Shown here: positions 29,726 to 39,163 of the stretch, in pieces | Position numbering within the stretch: position 1 is the stretch's first letter | How the letters are laid out: the number at the start of each line of letters is the position of its first letter | NCBI GenBank assembly: GCA_029856145.1 | Contig: JAHQWK010000020.1 | Location: 64,001-128,000 of the forward strand | Source: Promethearchaeia archaeon | GTDB lineage: Archaea; Asgardarchaeota; Lokiarchaeia; Sigyniarchaeales; SOKP01 | Direction of reading: 5' to 3' | DNA: 64,000 nucleotides | Position numbers and translations under genes: made by a program | Notes under the pieces: model-generated | What the model was told of the DNA's origin: nothing | What the model saw: only the letters and a program-made list of their open reading frames with translations | The model's database searches: none

Positions 29726-30529
29726 TTGATCTTGAAGAGAGAGAATTTTAGAGTATTAACCTGTATTATAATTATAAATATAACTATAGTTTCCCTATTT
29801 CTTTTAGCAAATGGCTATTGTGCTACTGAAGAAATCAATTCAAAGTATGGAGAATCCCCTGTAATTGATGGTTATATGGATCTCTCAGCAAAAGAATGGA
29901 ATAAAGCTGCCTTTAATGATGAAATTTCATTAGAGGGTATTCCTATTGATTTATGGGTTATGCATGATGATACAAATCTTTATATTTCTATCCAGTTTGA
30001 TTTATTACTCGGACATCACAAAATAAATGAATTTATTGGGCTCATTATATCAAATAGTTCTTCTGAGGATAAAGAAGAATTTATTGATGCTAAAATAATT
30101 CAGTTCACTAATATCTCTGCAAATGAATATAACTATTTTGATTATAATGTTAGTGGGAGCGTTTTTTTAATCGATACAGAAAAAAATGGAGATGGAGCTG
30201 CTAAACTTGAAGAACTTACATCTACTTATGAATTTGCTTTACCCATTAAAGGCCATGATGCAAATGAAGATGATGCAGCATTAGATTATGGTAATGGTTA
30301 TGCTTTCAATATTACTTATGGAGAAACACCAGCCTACCCTGGTGGTATTAAAAAAAGTTCAATAGTTCTCATCAATATTAAAGCATTAGCTGGTCCAATA
30401 CCATCAATTATCAATGTTGTTTTTTCTGTGTTAAGTATAATAGTATTTAGCGTTCTTGGAATTGTTCTAGGTTTTTACATTTATAGAATTTTTAAACTAA
30501 AAGAAAATATAGAAAAATATAGAAGATAA
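29726..30529 (+). CDS. secreted/membrane-anchored protein, CBM9/DOMON-like beta domain
   Basis: N-terminal hydrophobic signal, PVIDG...EW, HDDTNLYISI, YEFALP, C-terminal TM plus basic tail. Confidence 0.65.
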   Translation: MILKRENFRVLTCIIIINITIVSLFLLANGYCATEEINSKYGESPVIDGYMDLSAKEWNKAAFNDEISLEGIPIDLWVMHDDTNLYISIQFDLLLGHHKINEFIGLIISNSSSEDKEEFIDAKIIQFTNISANEYNYFDYNVSGSVFLIDTEKNGDGAAKLEELTSTYEFALPIKGHDANEDDAALDYGNGYAFNITYGETPAYPGGIKKSSIVLINIKALAGPIPSIINVVFSVLSIIVFSVLGIVLGFYIYRIFKLKENIEKYRR

Positions 30530-30530
30530 T

Positions 30531-30944
30531 ATGTCAAAAATTCCTAAACAACCAGAAAAGAAACAAAAAACAAAGGAAAAATATCGATCTGATGAAAATT
30601 TTGCTTTTAGATCAATAATCATATCAGCTATATTAGGATGTATTTCTTTTATTGTATCACTTCTTTTTAATGCTGAAATAATAACAGTTTTTATGAATAT
30701 AGATTTATTATGGACCTTTATTGATATAAGCATAAAAGTAATTGCTGTTTTATTGTTTTTTCTATTTATTATTACCAGCTATGCGAATTATAAAGAATTA
30801 ATTGGTAAACGATTAAATTGGAAAGAACTACTTTTACTTATATTTTTCTCTATTGGTCAGACTCTGTTAAATCCATCAGTTTTTATTCTTACTCTTATTG
30901 GTATATTTATTATTTTAATCTACTTATTTCTTATTCAAGAGTAA
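30531..30944 (+). CDS. membrane protein (about 4 TM)
   Basis: Hydrophobic segments. Confidence 0.7.
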   Translation: MSKIPKQPEKKQKTKEKYRSDENFAFRSIIISAILGCISFIVSLLFNAEIITVFMNIDLLWTFIDISIKVIAVLLFFLFIITSYANYKELIGKRLNWKELLLLIFFSIGQTLLNPSVFILTLIGIFIILIYLFLIQE

Positions 30945-30969
30945 AAATACAATTTTTAAAAGTTCTGCT

Positions 30970-31713
30970 ATGAACTCAGAATTTTTATATATAGGACACA
31001 GAGGAACCAGAACTATTTTTGATGAAAATACAATCACCGCATTTGAAAAAGCGATCGAATTTGGTGCTAATTGTGTAGAATTTGATGTTCGAGAGACTAA
31101 AGATGGGAAATTGATAATTCTACATGATCCTACATTAAATAGAACGACAAATAGTTCAGGTTTATTAAAAAATCTTTACTATGATGAGATAAAAGAATTC
31201 AGAACTAAAAACCATAATGATACTATCCCTCTCTTATCAGAGGTTTTGAAAATATTAAAAGGAAAAACAATGTTTATGATTGAGTTGAAAGATGATAATA
31301 TAAAAGAAGATATTCTAAAGATTGTTAATAATCATAATTTATTGGAAGATTGTATTTTTAGTGGGAGAAATTTACACGAATTAGGCGAAATAAAGTCGGA
31401 TTACCATAATAGTCGAATATGCTATAATATTACAAAAGGTTTAGGTTTCAATATCAGTAAATTTTTGAAATTTGGAAGACTTAAGAAATTCAAGATTAAA
31501 CCTGATTTAATAAGTTTAAGATCGAATTTAATAACTAAAGAATTTATTGAAATTTGTTATAAATATAAAATAAAATCTTTAGCATGGAACTTTTTATTAT
31601 ACAACGATCCAATATTTCAGATTAAATCTTTAATTGATTTAGGTATTGATGGGATTTTATTTGATAACCATAGAAATATTACAAAAATTAAACATTGGCT
31701 TTACTCAACTTAA
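30970..31713 (+). CDS. glycerophosphodiester phosphodiesterase
   Basis: GHRG, ENT, EFDV, TKDG..IILHD, IELK, GIDGILFD. Confidence 0.93.
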   Translation: MNSEFLYIGHRGTRTIFDENTITAFEKAIEFGANCVEFDVRETKDGKLIILHDPTLNRTTNSSGLLKNLYYDEIKEFRTKNHNDTIPLLSEVLKILKGKTMFMIELKDDNIKEDILKIVNNHNLLEDCIFSGRNLHELGEIKSDYHNSRICYNITKGLGFNISKFLKFGRLKKFKIKPDLISLRSNLITKEFIEICYKYKIKSLAWNFLLYNDPIFQIKSLIDLGIDGILFDNHRNITKIKHWLYST

Positions 31714-33770
31714 CTTTTTGACTTGATTATTGAAATACCACTAGGTAAATAAAGAAGAATTTCGTCTATGGATAATAACTTAATCCAAATTCTTGATTCC
31801 TTATCACTATTTTTATAAAAAGTAGATAAAATCTCTTTAGCTAACTTTCCTTTTGTGAAACCACCAGATTTTGATGGAATAATAGTTATAAGATTTTTAG
31901 TTTGCTTTTTTATTGCGGGTTTTGGACCGGAAATGAGTTTAGGATAAAAAATTTTCCGATTATCTTGAGAATCTGCTTCCAATTCAATAATTTTTAATCC
32001 AATTGTCAATTCAGTTTTAACATTTTTAATAAAATTCTTTTTACCAGAAATTATAAAAGAGCCTTTTTGTAAAAACTCACCTGAGGGAGGGCTTTTTGAA
32101 ATTTGATCTGTATGAATGTAAAATACATCAACTATCCCCCAGTTCTCTTTCCATGCCCGTGAATATGTTGCAACAAATTTGCCAGTCTCATCAATAGTGT
32201 TTAATGGAATCTTCTTATTATCTGGATTTTTAATTACTACTAATGAAGATCCAGGGAAATTTGTATGAAAAATTAAATCATTTTGATCAAGATACTTTTT
32301 AAAAATAATCTCATTAGAGGATGCATCTCTTCCCCCTATAATTAGATATCCATCAGATGAAATAAACCATCTAAACTTCTCATACCATTTTTTCTTTGGT
32401 TTTTTAATCAAGAAATCAACTTCAGCTTCTATTAACTCTCTATCTAGCTTTAATTTATTAATTTTTTCTTTAGTTTTTTCAATGGCGGTAATAGTTCCTT
32501 TTAATTTTTTATCTGCTTTTTTTCCCTTAGAATATATATTATTGGCATTTTCCCCGATGCTTTTTTTTAAATCTAGATAAATGCTATTATCATTAATATT
32601 TATTAAAACTTGATTAGTTGAGGGAATTACCTTCTCAAAGAAATCTGTTCCATTTAAATTTTCCAATTTTGCTGTTTCTAGTTTGTTGTTAATTACTTCC
32701 CATGAATACCCTTTTTTTTTTGCATCCAAAATTACAGTTTTTAATTTTTCTAAGGAATTTAAGCGGGCATATATTAATTCTCCAATTTTGTAGTATTTTA
32801 CCTTCTTATTTTTGAGCTCTTCAAGGTATTCTTGTTGATTTTTTAATATCTTTTCTTGAGATTTTATTTGTTCTTCAATCTTTTGATCTTTAGGACTTTT
32901 TAGGGTTTCAGAATCAATTTTTGAAAAATACTTGTCAACTGCTTCGTTAAATGAGGTAAAAAGTTTTTTAGGATTTTTTTTAAGAATTTCAATTTCAAAG
33001 GGAAGTACTGAAATTTGATTTTTATTGTTATCAAATACAATATATGCATTTACTTCACCAAATAATAATTGATTTCTTAACTTTTTAAAGGAATCATATA
33101 ATTTTTCGTATTCTTTATCAGTAAGATTTTTTCCAAGACTAATTTTATCAATTTTGGTTCTATGGCATATTTCTTCACTATATAACCCGGAAATATGAAT
33201 ATTTCTGGAAAGATCTCTAACAATCTCCACCTCAGAGTTTTTAAATAAAGCTTTAAATTCTTCTTTATTTAAAGTTAAAAAATCTTTTCCTTGAGATCTA
33301 GGAAAACTATATTCTTTTTTAGGGAGGATCTCTCTATCTCTAAACTTTCTATACTTTTTAGCAACTTTTATAATATTTCTTTCATCCAACAATAAGAAAT
33401 TACCCTTGTTAAATAATTCTATAACAAATTTCCAAGGTTGGCCTGAATTATCACTTAATTCAATTATTATAATTCTATCAAATTGGTGTTGAGAAATTTT
33501 TAATATTCTCCGGTTTTTTAATAACTTTCTTAGAGAAATTATATATTGACTTGGATATTTTGGGATAGGATAATCATATTCGGTTAAATTAATCCGTGAA
33601 TCCTTTTTGATAATTAAGTTTTTCTTTCCAAAATTAGTATTGATTTTTAATATCAATATATCTTCTACTTCATATATATTTAGAATCGTACCGTTAATCA
33701 ATATTAAATCTAATTCTTTTACAATAGCAAATACGTCAAAATTAGTAAATTCTGTTGATGTTTTAATCAT
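31710..33770 (-). CDS. rqcH: ribosome quality control protein RqcH/NEMF (NFACT)
   Basis: LRKLL, QHQFDRI, IELFNKGN, KWYEKFRWFISSDG, GGRDASSNE, SGEFLQKGSF. Confidence 0.93.
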   Translation of the reverse strand: MIKTSTEFTNFDVFAIVKELDLILINGTILNIYEVEDILILKINTNFGKKNLIIKKDSRINLTEYDYPIPKYPSQYIISLRKLLKNRRILKISQHQFDRIIIIELSDNSGQPWKFVIELFNKGNFLLLDERNIIKVAKKYRKFRDREILPKKEYSFPRSQGKDFLTLNKEEFKALFKNSEVEIVRDLSRNIHISGLYSEEICHRTKIDKISLGKNLTDKEYEKLYDSFKKLRNQLLFGEVNAYIVFDNNKNQISVLPFEIEILKKNPKKLFTSFNEAVDKYFSKIDSETLKSPKDQKIEEQIKSQEKILKNQQEYLEELKNKKVKYYKIGELIYARLNSLEKLKTVILDAKKKGYSWEVINNKLETAKLENLNGTDFFEKVIPSTNQVLININDNSIYLDLKKSIGENANNIYSKGKKADKKLKGTITAIEKTKEKINKLKLDRELIEAEVDFLIKKPKKKWYEKFRWFISSDGYLIIGGRDASSNEIIFKKYLDQNDLIFHTNFPGSSLVVIKNPDNKKIPLNTIDETGKFVATYSRAWKENWGIVDVFYIHTDQISKSPPSGEFLQKGSFIISGKKNFIKNVKTELTIGLKIIELEADSQDNRKIFYPKLISGPKPAIKKQTKNLITIIPSKSGGFTKGKLAKEILSTFYKNSDKESRIWIKLLSIDEILLYLPSGISIIKSKS

Positions 33771-33842
33771 ATTAGGTTTAATTTCTAGTTTATCAATAAT
33801 ATATAATGATTTTTATAATAAATAATATTTATAATAATAATT

Positions 33843-34283
33843 ATGGGAAGGCGCAAGAAGGTAGATATTAAAAAAAGAAGACAAAGGCTTTTAAAAGAGA
33901 AGAAGAAAGAACAAAAAAAACAATCAATTCAAGTTGAAAAAAAGCCATTAAAATCATTTGACCTTCGTATGGAGAAGGAAACAAAGCTGTACTGGATTCG
34001 GGCACTTACTGGAGCGCTAAGTGCATTTATAGGACGCTTGTTATTTGGATTAATTGGTTGGTTCATGTTAATGTGGATGTTATTATGGTGGTTTTTATTT
34101 CCATTTGTCGTAAGTTTTAATATTCTAAAATACGAATACGACAAAGAAGAGTGGCATTGGAAGAATATTATATTGCCGGGTATTGGTATGTTCTTTTTCT
34201 TATTTATGATCGTTGGTGTTTTTCTTCATACATTACTTAATTTTATTCCAGGCTTTTCGTCGGTTCTTGAGCTTTTTTTATAG
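33843..34283 (+). CDS. EMC6/Rab5ip-like three-TM membrane protein
   Basis: LYWIRALTGALSAFIG...GIGMFFFLFMIVGVFLHTL matches the EMC6 pattern as recalled; basic N-terminus. Confidence 0.6.
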   Translation: MGRRKKVDIKKRRQRLLKEKKKEQKKQSIQVEKKPLKSFDLRMEKETKLYWIRALTGALSAFIGRLLFGLIGWFMLMWMLLWWFLFPFVVSFNILKYEYDKEEWHWKNIILPGIGMFFFLFMIVGVFLHTLLNFIPGFSSVLELFL

Positions 34284-34300
34284 AAACATTTAAATCTTCT

Positions 34301-34813
34301 TTATAATTGAATTCTTTGTTTTACTTTCATTTCTTTCTTTTCTTTTGAAGTAAAAACGATTTCTTCTAATTTGTATATACGTTCACAATAAATACATTGA
34401 ATTTTCAAGGGTTTTTCTTCTAAAACTAGAAATTCAGTATCGATAGGCTCTTTTTCTGAATTAGTAATACATGTCTGATTAACACATAAAATTAATTTTT
34501 TAATTATCTGAGGAAGTTCTACCTTTTTCTTTTCAATCAATTTATAATTTTCAATTAAGGAAATTGTAGCGTTAGGAGACAATATAGATATTTGTTGCAT
34601 TTGAGTTTCGTTAAGAAAAACATTCTCAATTTTAATTATATCTTTCGTTTGATATTTTTTTGATAAAACATTAACTCCAATTGTCATTAAATTTTTAGAT
34701 TCATCGATACCAGTAAGATTGAGAATTGTTATAGCATATCCGGCATCTATATGATCAATAACAGTTCCTTTAGATATTTTATCGATTTTTAATTTTTCTT
34801 CTAACATTTTCAT
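34301..34813 (-). CDS. pyrI: aspartate carbamoyltransferase regulatory subunit
   Basis: GTVIDHI, KDIIKIEN, SPNAT, CVNQTCITN, CIYCE. Confidence 0.95.
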   Translation of the reverse strand: MKMLEEKLKIDKISKGTVIDHIDAGYAITILNLTGIDESKNLMTIGVNVLSKKYQTKDIIKIENVFLNETQMQQISILSPNATISLIENYKLIEKKKVELPQIIKKLILCVNQTCITNSEKEPIDTEFLVLEEKPLKIQCIYCERIYKLEEIVFTSKEKKEMKVKQRIQL

Positions 34814-34854
34814 AAAAAAAACTATCTTGATTGAAAAAATTTATGTTAACTATT

Positions 34855-35883
34855 TTATAATATTGAAATTGAAGTAAAAAATAATATTGTTGATATACAA
34901 AAATTAAATGTTAAATTATCGTCAATCTCTAAGTCCAAATAATCTATTATACCAATGATCATCATTCCAATAAAAGGAATCAGAAACAATCCTGGAACGC
35001 TGAATCTATAATAATTTCTTAGTATAAATAACACAATTACTCCTGAGAGAAAGGCAGCAATGATACCTCCAATTAGTCCTTCATAAGTTTTATTTGTTTT
35101 TCTAATCTTTCTGCGACCAATTGTTCTCCCAACTAAGTTTGCGGTTACATCTCCAAAAATAGACATTGCCATTGAAGTACAGATTATTACTGGCCCGATG
35201 GGTTGAATTATACCATATAACAAAATTATGGAAAAACATCCAATACTCATAGAAATATGAGGTCCTAACCTCATATGTAGTTCTTTTTCCCTTAATATTT
35301 GATTGACTTGTTTTAAAGGATAAAACTCGGGAGTTAATATTCTTACAATATCAGCCGTCAATAACCCTATCAAAGATATCACAACTAAAAAAACTACTAA
35401 ATTTTGAGAAAAAATCATTATATCGCCGCCTATATATACGAAAAGATTTTGTAATAGAAACCCTAGAGTAAAATAAAAAAAAATTATTCCTAATACAACA
35501 AAATGGGTTAATTTTCTATATATATCATATTTAAGAGGGAGTTCTGTGAATGGTTGAAGTTTAATATTATTATTGCTTTTTTTCCTTATTTTAATTCTAT
35601 GTTTCTCTCGAGAAATGAAAAGATAGAATAAAGGCAAAAAAAATATGATAAACGTAACCGTTAAAATATTAAAGGGAAACTCTATAAATTCTCTACTAGG
35701 GAGATTAAATATGTTTATTAGGACTAGATTTATTGTAATAGAAACAATAAGAATTAATGCATTTACTAAATTATTTATAAAAGCTCCTATGTCTCTTTTC
35801 TTTCTTGCTAAATAAGTAATATAAAGAATAAATAAGCCATACAAGTATAAATAGCATACAATTATTATCGAAAGAGCATTCAA
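34855..35883 (-). CDS. CTP-dependent polyprenol/dolichol/diacylglycerol kinase family membrane protein
   Basis: RKLTH, LREKE, GDVTANLVG, KTYEG, DDNL. Confidence 0.85.
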   Translation of the reverse strand: MNALSIIIVCYLYLYGLFILYITYLARKKRDIGAFINNLVNALILIVSITINLVLINIFNLPSREFIEFPFNILTVTFIIFFLPLFYLFISREKHRIKIRKKSNNNIKLQPFTELPLKYDIYRKLTHFVVLGIIFFYFTLGFLLQNLFVYIGGDIMIFSQNLVVFLVVISLIGLLTADIVRILTPEFYPLKQVNQILREKELHMRLGPHISMSIGCFSIILLYGIIQPIGPVIICTSMAMSIFGDVTANLVGRTIGRRKIRKTNKTYEGLIGGIIAAFLSGVIVLFILRNYYRFSVPGLFLIPFIGMMIIGIIDYLDLEIDDNLTFNFCISTILFFTSISIL

Positions 35884-36033
35884 GAATGATCAAATTAATA
35901 AGATTTTAATATTTAAAAGATCCTTTTATTTTAAGATTTTCTTGAAGTAAGAAGGTTTTCAAATCTAGAAATAAATCTAATACCATAAAAATATCATAAA
36001 AATCTGTAAAATTTATTAAAAAAGTAATTAGAA

Positions 36034-36438
36034 TTAGCGATCTTCGAAAATTTTATATAGATTTTTAGCAGCAATCCTCATAACTTTTACAGTCTTCATT
36101 AAAGTGTCAATTATCGTTCCAGCACAAACAATTACTAATCTTCCTGCATTTGTAATAACAATATAGCCATCTTGAGCTCGAACAATAATTTCACTTAAAT
36201 CTTCCTGAAATAAAGTCTGGATTGTTGATCGCCCGGTCATTAATAAGGCACTTGAAAGACCACAAAATTGATCTCCATCAACCTGATATTGTGGTAATGC
36301 GCTAAATGCTATTTGATAACCTTCTTGAGATACAAGAGCAATCGCCTCAATATCTGCATTTGATGTTATAAATGTAATTTGAGGACTAATTTTTTCGATA
36401 TCCTCTTGATTGATTCCTAAGTCAGACCCAAATTGAAT
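36034..36438 (-). CDS. roadblock/LC7 domain protein (probable ATT start at 36438)
   Basis: Frame open 66 codons upstream of track ATG: DIEAIALVSQEGYQIAFS...LSEIIVRAQDGYIVITNAG completes a roadblock fold; AGGTG 7 nt before ATT, in-frame TAA just upstream. Confidence 0.85.
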   Translation of the reverse strand: MQFGSDLGINQEDIEKISPQITFITSNADIEAIALVSQEGYQIAFSALPQYQVDGDQFCGLSSALLMTGRSTIQTLFQEDLSEIIVRAQDGYIVITNAGRLVIVCAGTIIDTLMKTVKVMRIAAKNLYKIFEDR

Positions 36439-36856
36439 ATCTCTACACCTTTAGTGCTTTTAGATTTTATAATTATTATTATAAATATAATAATTTTTAT
36501 CTTATTATATTTTTATTTTCACAACTTAAAGTTTCTTTTTAACGTGATCTTAGTAAACTAAAATATAAAAATTCATTATAATTATGAATTATGGAGTTTA
36601 GCGCTCTTATTCTTATTCTCATATATCAAATTTAGGGCAAGTTAAAAAAAAAGTGTTAAATAGCTATTTATCAAAATGTCTTATTTCTTCTATAATATTT
36701 TTAAACGCGTACTTTATTTACTATTCAAAAGTAAATTTTAATACTTTATAAACTTAAAATATTTAAAAACCTATTAAAATTGATTTAAAGGTTTAAACTT
36801 TTTTATACTTAGAATTTATTATTTTAAGAATTACACTCTAGCAATGAAATTAAATT

Positions 36857-39163
36857 ATGATAACAACACGAGAATTTATAAATTATCAATATTCTCTGAT
36901 ATTTGGTTATTCTTCTCCAAATGAAGTTATAGTTGGAGATGTAATTGGCCCTGGAAGGCTTACAAGAGAAAAAGTGAATGAACTTTCGAAGGAAGTCATT
37001 AAATATTTAACAATGTATAATGCAGTTCTGCGGGATTATACAGGTGCAGAAGTATTCAGTATTGAGTTTGATTTATACAATGTTGATGAAAAAAGTGCCC
37101 GAGTTAATATTTACCCCAAATCAATGATTTTCATACCAGGAAAATATAAAGATTGTGAAAGTTTATTACTTGCTTTGAAACCCGAAACTGGAGTTTTAAA
37201 TATACATAAATCCAGAGAATCGTTGAATAATATAAGTAAACTATTTTTTGAGGTAGAAGAGTTTTCTGATCGCCCAGAATTAAATAGAGAAAATAAGCAA
37301 GATTTATATAACAAATTTGCCTCAAGATTCAATAAGAAATTTTATGGAGAACTAGTTGAAGATAAATGGAACAAGAAATTAATTGGTATAAGTAAAACTC
37401 TACCAACTGAAAAAGAAATGTTAAATACATATGCTAAAGTTATCTCTAATGTTGAGGTTTTATGGTATAAAAAACCTATGGAGATTAATTTGTTGAATTC
37501 TAAATTTCAAAAGATTAAAAGCTTATTCAATGGACAACATGCAATTGAACATCTTAAATTCTCAATATCTGAGCCAAGTGCTAATTTTATTGTTGACAAA
37601 ACTTTAAATTTAGGGACGAATCTCATCAATTTAGCAAATACAGGTACTATAGATGAATCTCTAGATGAAATAATTATTTTTATGGTTAATTTTGTTATAA
37701 AAAAAATAAAAAATTATAGTGAACCTCATACAGCAGAATGGCTAATGGCTAATGTAAATACAGTGCTTATTGATTTACAAGGACATTTAAATAAATTTTT
37801 GGAATATTCTAAAAATTTTCTTAGTACAGGGGAAATGGGGGATCTTGATGAATTGTTAAACAAATTTGAATATTTTATATTAAATAAAGGAAAATTAGAA
37901 AGCGAAAATTTCGATCCTATATGGAAAATAGCAAATAAGTTTATAGAACAAGCAATAACTCAAAAAATGAGTCTACGAATAATAGAATTAAGTTCAGTTT
38001 TTAGTTATTTTTCAGAAATCATAAATAAGGGGCTTAGGCTAATAAGATTATCACTTCCAAAATATCTTTCATATCGCCGATTAAAAACTCTAACTACTAA
38101 TTTAATAAATAAATCATATGAAAAATTTAACCAGGAGCAAAAACCCGCAAAACTTTTAGGACAGAAGTTAATAAATAAGTTTAAAGCATTTCTTTTTAAT
38201 CAAATTGAAACACATCCACTTCTATTAAGAAAGGATCTTAAATATAATGAAAGAGAACTAATAAGAGAGTTTACTTTCTTAGTTGATAAGAATACTGATA
38301 CATTTTTTAACGAAATAGATTTGAAAATAGATGATTTAATTTCTTTTGCGGAGATCCAGATGGAATCTAAAATAAATAGTATAAAAAATCATATTGAAAA
38401 ATTCAAGAAATTTTCAACGGAATTACATTATCTATTAAGCTACGTTTTAAGGCATTCTACAATAAATCGCTATATAAAGGAAGAACCTGATAAAGAAATT
38501 AGTGATCCTGTAAGCTTCTCAAATAGATTTCATAGATTTTTAGAAAAAAGAATAGGAGGTATAAATCTAGATTGGAAGTCTTATGTTCTAGATTGGATTA
38601 AAGATTATTCTAAGAAATATCTAAGGCCAGAAGAACAAAGGGCATGGACATTAGACGAAGTTTATAATAATTTTATTGGGTATTTTGAAGAGAGAGAATT
38701 AAATGAGCAAAAAATCGAAAATTTCTTAACATTTTTAGATGCATATATTGCAAAGTTATCCAATCCAGAAGAAAGAAGTTTGTTACTTGAATTTTATAAA
38801 AATTATGAACTTAGTATTGACATCAATACCGAATTTCCGAAGTATGTTAGAAATAATATTAAAAATGAGTTAAACAATCTAAATCCTCAACTAGAAAATA
38901 TTACTCCTTTCAATTATTTTAATCTAGATGGGAATGAGACATTTTATGATTATATAAAAGATACAGAATTAAAGTATTTTTCAAAATTAGTACCAAGGCC
39001 TTTAACTGTAATTTTAAAACATATTTTAACAAATGAGGAAAAAGAATTATTTAATGGTGATCTTTTTCATGTGCTAGATTTCAAATTCTGGCACAATAAT
39101 GCTCGATTCGAAATATCAGATAACTTTAAAGAAGTTTATAGAGAATGGGTGAGGGAATTATGA
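36857..39163 (+). CDS. large hypothetical, mostly helical protein
   Basis: 768-aa ORF, no motif recognised. Confidence 0.8.
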   Translation: MITTREFINYQYSLIFGYSSPNEVIVGDVIGPGRLTREKVNELSKEVIKYLTMYNAVLRDYTGAEVFSIEFDLYNVDEKSARVNIYPKSMIFIPGKYKDCESLLLALKPETGVLNIHKSRESLNNISKLFFEVEEFSDRPELNRENKQDLYNKFASRFNKKFYGELVEDKWNKKLIGISKTLPTEKEMLNTYAKVISNVEVLWYKKPMEINLLNSKFQKIKSLFNGQHAIEHLKFSISEPSANFIVDKTLNLGTNLINLANTGTIDESLDEIIIFMVNFVIKKIKNYSEPHTAEWLMANVNTVLIDLQGHLNKFLEYSKNFLSTGEMGDLDELLNKFEYFILNKGKLESENFDPIWKIANKFIEQAITQKMSLRIIELSSVFSYFSEIINKGLRLIRLSLPKYLSYRRLKTLTTNLINKSYEKFNQEQKPAKLLGQKLINKFKAFLFNQIETHPLLLRKDLKYNERELIREFTFLVDKNTDTFFNEIDLKIDDLISFAEIQMESKINSIKNHIEKFKKFSTELHYLLSYVLRHSTINRYIKEEPDKEISDPVSFSNRFHRFLEKRIGGINLDWKSYVLDWIKDYSKKYLRPEEQRAWTLDEVYNNFIGYFEERELNEQKIENFLTFLDAYIAKLSNPEERSLLLEFYKNYELSIDINTEFPKYVRNNIKNELNNLNPQLENITPFNYFNLDGNETFYDYIKDTELKYFSKLVPRPLTVILKHILTNEEKELFNGDLFHVLDFKFWHNNARFEISDNFKEVYREWVREL

